A DNA stretch of 52,885 nt from a virus (Duplodnaviria > Caudoviricetes): the IMG/VR virus record IMGVR_UViG_3300008952_003486, positions 1-52,885 of that record; one strand, 5' to 3'. Below, in pieces: positions 46,188 through 52,885 of this stretch (positions within the stretch are counted from its first letter, which is position 1; every line of letters begins with the position of its first letter). Below the pieces are notes generated by a model. That model ran no database searches, was not told the DNA's origin, and worked only from the letters and a program-made list of their open reading frames with translations. Both the position numbers and the translations under genes were made by a program.

Positions 46188-49000
46188 GACTTTTTTTTAT
46201 TCTTGTTGTGGATGCTCCATGCGGTCGCGAACGCTCGCTCTTCATCGCCGGGATATTGATCCTTGATTTTCATCATTTCTTCCTCTGAAAAACCGGGAGG
46301 CGCTGCTTCTTGCATAAGTTCGTCGCCGCCCTGCTCCTTCTCATATTCGGCAGTAGTGGGTTCAACCTCGCTAGCAGCCAACTCCGCTTCGAATTTATCA
46401 AAATAAAGTTTTAGATTAGTCAACAAATAATCATAAAATAAATCTTGATCTTTTTCATCATCTAATACTGCATATGCATCCAATATTATTCTCTCTATCC
46501 TATCAAAAGAATTAATTGCTTTATTGCGCCCGGTCAAGTCTTCTCCCGGCAACGTTTCGAATGCATTCTCCTCCTCTTCTGCCGCAGAGTCTTCGATATC
46601 AATAAATTTTTCCTCATCTGGATCATCTAAAGTTATATCGATATCCTCAGCTTCCGACAAGGATTCTGGTTCAATTTCATCTTCAGCACGGTCGATTGCT
46701 AAAGTATTAATTACTGCATTCAATATGTGACTACGATAAGAATTCCTCTGTTCTATGGAAGTAGTAAGAGACTTATATCCGACAGATAAGATAGGTACTA
46801 TTTTTTTGAGCATATCTGATAATTGATTGATTCCAGTATTAGCATGAGGTACTGGTTCTGTCTTCTCTTGGAGAATCATGTTTCGTATACATTTGCGCAA
46901 TGCATTCTCGACGCGGTATTTCTCAACCATGTCTTTTTGGCGCTCGTTAATGTAGATGATGCCTGACTTTTTATTCTTGTCTATGCTTCTGCTAAGTCTC
47001 TTTTGAATTAACTCTCTCAGTTTCATTTCTACTATTATTTCTTCTCTCATAATCATTCCCTCTTGTCTAATTAGAGTTGGTTCTTCGTTATCGCCAGAAT
47101 AACCCTGGACACTTCCACCTGACATAGCAGATATCTCTTCGAGGTCTTCGCCCGGATCGTTTAATCTACTTAAAACCAACTGGTGGATTTCCTCATCCCT
47201 AAATCCCATTATTTTCTCAAATTCGTCTAGATCGGACCTTTCTAGAGATTGCCTCAGTGTTGTCCCGCTCATTTCCCCAAATCCTTCTATTTCCCTGCTA
47301 ACATGCGGTGCCACCATTATTTTCCACTCATATCCGTCTTTTGTGATTCCGGATGTCTTAGAAAACCGCGGGTCTTCATCCATATCCTTTTCGCCAACAA
47401 AGTATGTGATATCAACTTCATCTGTGTCAAAATTTTGTAAAATCTCAACAGCATTATAGGGATTCTTTACTTGCACAATCTTATCCCCAGGAATCCCATG
47501 CGCTAGCATAATTTCTCTCTTCTCATCATATGAGAATGGAGATTTTGGAAAGTCTACTTTATTTGATGTCGCGACATAGACATTTTCTTCGCCATACTTG
47601 TTCGCAATTTTCCGATAAGTGTCCGCATGATGCTTGCCCATGGGTTGAAATCTTCCTGGGTATACGTAGATTTTTTCTTTTTCGTCTCCTAGTACCATAT
47701 CTCCGTCATCGGTAATTATAATATCCTCGTCATCGAATCCGTCGAAATCTTCCCCTTCATCTAATTTTTGAAGAGGAGGAACGTTTCCTCTCCCATACTT
47801 GAATAGTCCCAGAATTTGATTGACTGGGGCAAAAGTACCTGTAAACTTATAAGTGCTGCCGTCGTAGTCGAACACAAATCCTTCGGTTGCTGTAGATACA
47901 TTTTCTAAATCTTTCAATTTTCCCATTTGCCGTGAAAGTATTTCCATTGCCTCTTCGTTTCCGGAATCCTCAATAGCGCTTTTTGCTAATGTGACTTCAT
48001 CCTTCAGTCTCTTGACTTCCTTTTTGTTGTCGAGCAGGTAACGACTTTCTAGTCCGCGCAACATCTCTACTGCGAAATCATGTACTATATCTTCAATAGG
48101 ATAGATAATTTCTTTGAAGAAAAATTTATTACGCTCAACCATTTCTTGAACTATGCTAAGTGCTTGCCCATCATCTTCTGGAATTTTTGCTCTAATTTGC
48201 GTTATTGATGGCGCGCCTTTTTGCCCCAAAACCCTCTTAAGGAGCATGTCTTTTACCTCTTCTTCTAAGTTTGGCAAAAGATCATCAATTGTCCTTCTGG
48301 CAGTCTTTACTATATAGTCTCCGATAGTATCGCTATTGTCTAGATCGTTGCTACTCATAAATTTATCTAGGCGAGTCGTCGCTTCAGTTAGCGCAACATC
48401 ATCAGAGAGAGAGTCTAGATTTCTAATGGCGTTCACCTGAACCTTATATTCATCTTGTGCTTGTGCATTTTGCATGCTTTCGAGGGCGCCTTCTAATTCT
48501 GCAACCAATTCTTCATTTTGAAGTGGTTCGATTTTGCCGCTTTGCTTATCTCGTTGCACATGACCAACACGATGAATGACTAGACTTTTGGTATCATAAT
48601 TAATCACATTCGCCGAACTCGGATTCATTATTTCCGCATTATAAAAATTGTTAGCGTCCGGACCAAACAACTGTAGTTGGGTTTCAATCGGGAGAGATTC
48701 AACTGCCCTCTCGAAAGCATCAAAACTTTCGACGAACGTCTCCGTCAAGTTCCCTCTATCCGCAAACTTCAGAGCGAGTTCCTCCGGAGAAAGTCCGCCG
48801 GCAGACGCTTCGCCTTTGTTTCGCACAGCGCGCGCCTCGCGCTTTCGCACACTATAAGAGACGAACAGATTCTGTCCGTCCGTCTTTTCAGTTCCCAACA
48901 ACTCTCCACTAGATGCTTTGCTGAAGATATCCTTTATCTGACCAAAGGTCAAATTTGGGTTATCATTGAGGTGCATCATATGTCCGGCGAACCCTCCCAT
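46184..49000 (-). CDS. Multidomain protein: ligase-like nucleotidyltransferase domain + HIGH-family (cytidylyltransferase/NMNAT-like) domain + acidic C-terminal region
   Basis: TEKTDG (KxDG), EGFVF and YKFTG; then YPGRFQPMGKHH, SPFSYDEK, VGEKD and MSGT.LR. Confidence 0.7.
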   Translation of the reverse strand: MGGFAGHMMHLNDNPNLTFGQIKDIFSKASSGELLGTEKTDGQNLFVSYSVRKREARAVRNKGEASAGGLSPEELALKFADRGNLTETFVESFDAFERAVESLPIETQLQLFGPDANNFYNAEIMNPSSANVINYDTKSLVIHRVGHVQRDKQSGKIEPLQNEELVAELEGALESMQNAQAQDEYKVQVNAIRNLDSLSDDVALTEATTRLDKFMSSNDLDNSDTIGDYIVKTARRTIDDLLPNLEEEVKDMLLKRVLGQKGAPSITQIRAKIPEDDGQALSIVQEMVERNKFFFKEIIYPIEDIVHDFAVEMLRGLESRYLLDNKKEVKRLKDEVTLAKSAIEDSGNEEAMEILSRQMGKLKDLENVSTATEGFVFDYDGSTYKFTGTFAPVNQILGLFKYGRGNVPPLQKLDEGEDFDGFDDEDIIITDDGDMVLGDEKEKIYVYPGRFQPMGKHHADTYRKIANKYGEENVYVATSNKVDFPKSPFSYDEKREIMLAHGIPGDKIVQVKNPYNAVEILQNFDTDEVDITYFVGEKDMDEDPRFSKTSGITKDGYEWKIMVAPHVSREIEGFGEMSGTTLRQSLERSDLDEFEKIMGFRDEEIHQLVLSRLNDPGEDLEEISAMSGGSVQGYSGDNEEPTLIRQEGMIMREEIIVEMKLRELIQKRLSRSIDKNKKSGIIYINERQKDMVEKYRVENALRKCIRNMILQEKTEPVPHANTGINQLSDMLKKIVPILSVGYKSLTTSIEQRNSYRSHILNAVINTLAIDRAEDEIEPESLSEAEDIDITLDDPDEEKFIDIEDSAAEEEENAFETLPGEDLTGRNKAINSFDRIERIILDAYAVLDDEKDQDLFYDYLLTNLKLYFDKFEAELAASEVEPTTAEYEKEQGGDELMQEAAPPGFSEEEMMKIKDQYPGDEERAFATAWSIHNKNKKKS

Positions 49001-49003
49001 ATC

Positions 49004-49249
49004 TTACTCCTTATTCTCTTCCAAGACTCTCACCTGTTCTTCTAGCACGGAAAGCTTTTCCTCTAATTGTCTGTGGTATCTCTTGATCTCTCGAAGATGA
49101 CTTTGCGCCATTTCCAATCTTCGAGCATCGACGCCGCTTCTAGGTCGTATACTCGTGACAATCTCTTTTAGAGACTGGATATAACTTTGAATGCTAGGAC
49201 TTTTTGATTCTCCTATCAAAAAGTCCCTCGTCATGTCGTTTAGGTTCAT
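49004..49249 (-). CDS. Hypothetical coiled-coil protein
   Basis: 81 aa with heptad-rich C-terminus; tight spacing with neighbours. Confidence 0.7.
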   Translation of the reverse strand: MNLNDMTRDFLIGESKSPSIQSYIQSLKEIVTSIRPRSGVDARRLEMAQSHLREIKRYHRQLEEKLSVLEEQVRVLEENKE

Positions 49250-49252
49250 TTT

Positions 49253-49438
49253 TTAATCCTTGTCTTTGCCTAAAAGTTTTTTAAGTAGTTTTTTGCCTTT
49301 TTTCTTTGCCTTTGCAACTACTTCTTTCACCTCTTCGACTGCTTCTGGTTCCTTTTGCACTTCTGCAACCTTTTCGCTACTCTGGGCAGCGGCAAGTTTT
49401 GCAAGTTTCGCTGCTTTTCGTTTTTTCGGACTGGCCAT
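49253..49438 (-). CDS. Small Lys/Ala/Glu-rich protein
   Basis: 61 aa with AAAGGAGGTGA RBS. Confidence 0.7.
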   Translation of the reverse strand: MASPKKRKAAKLAKLAAAQSSEKVAEVQKEPEAVEEVKEVVAKAKKKGKKLLKKLLGKDKD

Positions 49439-49440
49439 GG

Positions 49441-49815
49441 TTATTCACCTCCTTTGTTGAGAAATTTTTCTATTTCTCTTATAATGATTCTCTTCGAAAT
49501 ACTTTCCGATATGTCAGACATGGTTGCTCCGCCTCCGTCGTCTACTGTTGCGCCGACGGCAGAAACCAATCCCTGCACTGCCTTAACCGCTTCGGATGCT
49601 AATTTTTCAATCTCTCTCTTTTTCATATCACCTTCCACATCCTGCTCTTCGTATACCTCCGCGGTCTCTTCACCCTCAACTTCGCCAAGAGTTTCCTCTT
49701 CGTCCCGCTTATATCCCCATTTTTCCATAAGTTTTTCGCTGAACGCGGCACTTCTTTTATCATGTATATTCTTCATCTCTTTCTCCTCAAAATTTATTGC
49801 ATCATGTCGCTCCAT
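49441..49815 (-). CDS. Hypothetical acidic protein with KLMEKWGYK motif
   Basis: 124-aa ORF; the true start may be the downstream MKNIH after GAGGAG. Confidence 0.65.
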   Translation of the reverse strand: MERHDAINFEEKEMKNIHDKRSAAFSEKLMEKWGYKRDEEETLGEVEGEETAEVYEEQDVEGDMKKREIEKLASEAVKAVQGLVSAVGATVDDGGGATMSDISESISKRIIIREIEKFLNKGGE

Positions 49816-50408
49816 TCAGCATCTTGTATCCCTTCCCCGGCGGATGTTTTACTTCTTTTTTGGAATTCCATTTCAAATTGCTTTCTTGCACTTTCCAAAT
49901 CTTCATCAGACAGATCCGCAGCAAGTCCCCAGTCGAGACCTTCTTTGTCTGTTCCGAGATTGGCTGCAACTTTTTCCATTGGTTCGAAGAGTTCTGTCTC
50001 TCCATCCAATATGTTCCCTAGTGCTTCCACTGTTATATCCAGAAGTCCAAGCGCAGCTGCTGCGGAGTTGCCACCCGGGTCAATTCCCATTATATCCATA
50101 TCATTTTGTAAATCTTCTTTTATTTTTCGAATCTTTTTCAGTTTTGCCCCCAAAAGACTATTAAACTTCACGCGCTGCTTTCTGAGTACTGGTGTTTCCT
50201 CTGCCGCGTGAACTCCCTTTCCTTTAAGTGCCTTTCTCGCGCGCGAAATTGGATCGGTTATTCCAGAAGCAAACGACTTTACATTGCCAATGGTGCGATC
50301 CACTATTCCCTCTCGTAATGATTCTTCTTCTCGGGGCGCTTTATATCCCCATTTTTCCATAAGCTTATCACCAAGCATTGAATTTCGAGTAGTATATGCT
50401 TTCTTCAT
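49794..50408 (-). CDS. Hypothetical protein with KLMEKWGYK motif
   Basis: 204-aa ORF; ATGA overlap with the upstream gene. Confidence 0.7.
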   Translation of the reverse strand: MKKAYTTRNSMLGDKLMEKWGYKAPREEESLREGIVDRTIGNVKSFASGITDPISRARKALKGKGVHAAEETPVLRKQRVKFNSLLGAKLKKIRKIKEDLQNDMDIMGIDPGGNSAAAALGLLDITVEALGNILDGETELFEPMEKVAANLGTDKEGLDWGLAADLSDEDLESARKQFEMEFQKRSKTSAGEGIQDAEWSDMMQ

Positions 50409-50806
50409 TGCCCGCTGCCCTCCTTGAGTCCATCTTCATAATCTCGAAGGCACAAGTTTCCTTCCAGGTACGCTTCTTTCTCCATCTCTCTTAGGTGTTG
50501 ATTCTTTTGCGCATATCCTTCCCCTATCTCTCCCCCCACGTTATCAAATCCCCCTTCACAATTTTGCTTGTGATGGACGAGTTCATGGGAAAATGAACGC
50601 AATACATCTTTTGGATGCCTTCCCGTTACATATAAAGTAATCTTGTATTCGTTAGGATCATAGTATGCAGTCTTCCCAAGTGGATCATCTGAATTGCATG
50701 GATCCTGTTTCAGAAAAAGCTTGACAGGTTTCTTGAAACCAAATCGCTGTTTCGCGAAAGGATAAAATTGTCTAATCAAGTCTTTTATGGTAGATAAGTT
50801 GTTCAT
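50405..50806 (-). CDS. Small zincin-like (HExxH) protein
   Basis: FSHELVHHKQ...EKEAY motifs. Confidence 0.7.
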   Translation of the reverse strand: MNNLSTIKDLIRQFYPFAKQRFGFKKPVKLFLKQDPCNSDDPLGKTAYYDPNEYKITLYVTGRHPKDVLRSFSHELVHHKQNCEGGFDNVGGEIGEGYAQKNQHLREMEKEAYLEGNLCLRDYEDGLKEGSGQ

Positions 50807-50812
50807 GTTTAG

Positions 50813-50820
50813 TAATTAGT
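50813..50820 (-). promoter_or_regulatory. Candidate phage-specific promoter ACTAATTA
   Basis: Intergenic, 6 nt before an ATG that has no RBS. Confidence 0.5.
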
Positions 50821-50836
50821 TTTTTATTTTTGTTAT

Positions 50837-51544
50837 TTACGAAATAGTATTAGGGACAGTAATTGCTTTCATAATTAGTGGCATAACATCCGCGCCATAA
50901 TAAATTTTTATTTCAGTATTCCTGTCAGCGCGCCAATGAGATTGGAAAGTGTAGGACTTACCAGGAACTAGTAGGTTATTATTTGAGTCACGAGATACTA
51001 TAAATTCTACTGTTTGCATATTATTGTCTCCAACGGTTGCCCAAAACTGTTGAGAGTCCAATTGTATGCCATCAATATCATATACATATCCGCCGCCATC
51101 ATGGATGGCAACTTCGGCAGTGGTATGCAATTGGGTGGGTTGCCCACTGTGCACTACATATCCAGATATGTGAATTTTGACTTTCCCGTTTGATGGGCAT
51201 ATGAATGTTAAAGAAGGCGCGCCAGTTGGCGCTCCCATGACAGTAGTGAGATCCACGTAGACGCCGGTTGAGGCGTCGTGAGTATATTGCTCTGCTATTA
51301 CTAATCCACCCATTTCATCAATGTCTAGGGGGACTTTAGGATTTGCGGTACCAATACCAACTTTAGTTGCCTGTACAGTTGTTCCAATCAATTTCAGTGC
51401 AACATTTTGATTTAGAGTGTTTCCTTGTCCGATTACCAAACTATTGTCACTTCTATCGGAAGTAATGTAATATGAACCTCCAGAAACTCCCGTATTATTC
51501 ACTGTGAGAACCGATGTGCGCAAATTTCGATTTTTCTCAACCAT
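50837..51544 (-). CDS. Fibre/appendage-like protein
   Basis: KVGIGTANPKVPLDI motif typical of phage fibre proteins; beta-rich C-terminal domain. Confidence 0.55.
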   Translation of the reverse strand: MVEKNRNLRTSVLTVNNTGVSGGSYYITSDRSDNSLVIGQGNTLNQNVALKLIGTTVQATKVGIGTANPKVPLDIDEMGGLVIAEQYTHDASTGVYVDLTTVMGAPTGAPSLTFICPSNGKVKIHISGYVVHSGQPTQLHTTAEVAIHDGGGYVYDIDGIQLDSQQFWATVGDNNMQTVEFIVSRDSNNNLLVPGKSYTFQSHWRADRNTEIKIYYGADVMPLIMKAITVPNTIS

Positions 51545-51548
51545 ATAC

Positions 51549-52484
51549 TTATTCCATCCCGGGAGGACCGCTTTTTCCGGGTTTTGGGTCGATAACCTTC
51601 ATGCCAGTATCCATATATTTGTTATTTCCCTTTACCGTGAGTCGCATCGCCTTTCCAAAGCGTTTTCTTGCCATTTTTTGATATGGTTCGTTACTGATGT
51701 CGCTACTCTCTTCCAAACTCATCATTTTATCGTATGCTTCGATTTTCATTTCAGATAATCTCTCTAAATACCCATTTCGACGTAAAATCTTAAAAGAGAG
51801 GTTCTCAGATGAGTATTCACCTCCTTTTTCGAGTCCTCCCTTACGAAAATTGCGGATTTTCTCGCCCAAGCGCTCTGCATCTTCAAATGCTTGCTCAAAC
51901 TCGCTATCATCCATCAACCTTTCGATCTCATCTATATCATCCATTAGATGTGCGCTTTTAGCACGTATTTCTTCCCTATTTATCGTAAAAGTCTGCTTTT
52001 TCGGTCTTTTTATCCATTTATCCCCTAGAATTGAATAAATTCCCGTAGAATGGTGAGGTTCATCGATATCTTGGACATATATTTCAATTTCTTGGTCGTT
52101 TATCTTGATATCGTGTGTCCTATTCCACTGTGCCTGTGCGCGCCGGAACATTTCCCTTACCAACTCATGATTTTCGTCAATTTCATCAAAATCTACCATT
52201 ATATGCACGTCTACATCTGAAAAGCGAGACCAATTATAGTTTGCAGCACTTCCGGTGATGATTATGTCGTCTATTGCAACTTCGATCCCAAGATTATCAA
52301 TAAAATCACGCGCTATTATCTCTAAATTGCGCCTAATATCAGATTTTATGAAATCTTCATCCTCCCAAAGATCTAAATTGAGAGAATCCTTTATTTCAAA
52401 GGCGCTTAATCTTATAGATTCGGGATCAATTTTCTCTGCGAGGTAATTTTTCCACTTTTTTCTTGAAAACTCACGAAATGTCAT
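51549..52484 (-). CDS. DNA polymerase beta-superfamily nucleotidyltransferase
   Basis: ITGSAANYNWSRFSDVDVHI (GS...DxD) and IEIYVQD motifs. Confidence 0.78.
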   Translation of the reverse strand: MTFREFSRKKWKNYLAEKIDPESIRLSAFEIKDSLNLDLWEDEDFIKSDIRRNLEIIARDFIDNLGIEVAIDDIIITGSAANYNWSRFSDVDVHIMVDFDEIDENHELVREMFRRAQAQWNRTHDIKINDQEIEIYVQDIDEPHHSTGIYSILGDKWIKRPKKQTFTINREEIRAKSAHLMDDIDEIERLMDDSEFEQAFEDAERLGEKIRNFRKGGLEKGGEYSSENLSFKILRRNGYLERLSEMKIEAYDKMMSLEESSDISNEPYQKMARKRFGKAMRLTVKGNNKYMDTGMKVIDPKPGKSGPPGME

Positions 52485-52489
52485 AATAA

Positions 52490-52497
52490 TAATTAGT
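52490..52497 (-). promoter_or_regulatory. Candidate phage-specific promoter ACTAATTA
   Basis: Intergenic, 5 nt before an ATG that has no RBS. Confidence 0.5.
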
Positions 52498-52498
52498 T

Positions 52499-52690
52499 TT
52501 ACGCTTCTGGAAACTCATATTCCAATTCTTTTCTGATGATCGACAACTTTGCTGTAGCATTTATAAGGTTTTTGAGTTTTTCCGCGGTGGGGACTCCATT
52601 CATTGCATCTTTTGCCTCCATGTACTCCTCCAGAATCTGATCGTGAAGGATTTTGTTGACATTGAATAAGTTTGTGTTGATTTTTACCAT
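52499..52690 (-). CDS. Small hypothetical protein
   Basis: 63-aa ORF with AAGGA RBS; fills the gap between neighbours. Confidence 0.6.
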   Translation of the reverse strand: MVKINTNLFNVNKILHDQILEEYMEAKDAMNGVPTAEKLKNLINATAKLSIIRKELEYEFPEA

Positions 52691-52691
52691 A

Positions 52692-52885
52692 TCATAGGTC
52701 CTTTTCTTCGATCAGGGTATAGGTAAACTTGTTGGAAAACTTATCTGCACTTTTCTGACATATTGACATAAACCGATTGAAATCTCTGGCGTTTTGGAAC
52801 ACTTGACATCCCGCGCTATACGTCTGAACCAGTCTTGTGTTGCCCCGCCGGGCGCCTCGGTGTATGTTGATGCCAAAATAACCCT
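52692..52885 (-). CDS. C-terminal part of an L,D-transpeptidase (YkuD)-like cysteine enzyme; partial
   Basis: Hand translation GYFGINIHRGARRGNTRLVQTYSAGCQVF...FTYTLIEEKDL* has the H-x(n)-SxGC motif. Confidence 0.65.
   Translation of the reverse strand, partial: GYFGINIHRGARRGNTRLVQTYSAGCQVFQNARDFNRFMSICQKSADKFSNKFTYTLIEEKDL

Noticed and set aside
49355-50211. Plus-strand ORFs of 269 and 149 aa
   Set aside because: Ser/Phe-rich antisense of Glu/Lys-rich minus-strand genes that tile the region.
52753-52808. Plus-strand TTGACA hexamers
   Set aside because: No correctly spaced -10 element; they lie antisense within a coding region.
1-52885. Stop-codon reassignment, tRNA or rRNA genes, introns or inteins
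   Set aside because: ORFs tile densely under the standard code with TAA, TAG and TGA all used as stops; intergenic gaps are short; no cloverleaf or splicing motifs recognised by eye.

Overview
This window looks like part of a large contractile-tailed (myovirus-like, probably jumbo) bacteriophage genome rather than a bacterial chromosome. It is densely coding, uses the standard genetic code, and all supported genes but one lie on the minus strand. In window order: (1) 1-20.5 kb is a baseplate/tail-tip module with a YWTD beta-propeller protein, two paralogous lectin-like proteins, a LamG-bearing wedge protein, gp6- and gp25-like wedges, a 2483-aa protein, and a spike region apparently split into OB-fold, M15 peptidase and HxH-tipped spike genes. 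(2) 20.5-22.2 kb holds a gp55-like sigma factor and small genes. (3) 22.2-39.9 kb is an 18-kb glycosylation island: an NDP-heptose route, a Gmd/ColD/ColC-like GDP-colitose route, a UDP-6-deoxy-L-HexNAc route, six glycosyltransferase genes (GT2, GT2+GT32, two GT4, GT10, GT11) and two methyltransferases, with no flippase, polymerase or initiating transferase. (4) 39.9-52.9 kb has a Cas4-like nuclease, zinc peptidases, glutamine synthetase II, PIN-PhoH, a trypsin-like protease, a ligase-like/nucleotidyltransferase fusion and a Pol-beta-like nucleotidyltransferase. The most intriguing inference is a phage-encoded virion glycosylation system: the distal baseplate proteins are rich in an [S/T]-[G/A/S]-S tripeptide that could be the acceptor sequon. 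All calls come from reading motifs by eye; no database searches were run.
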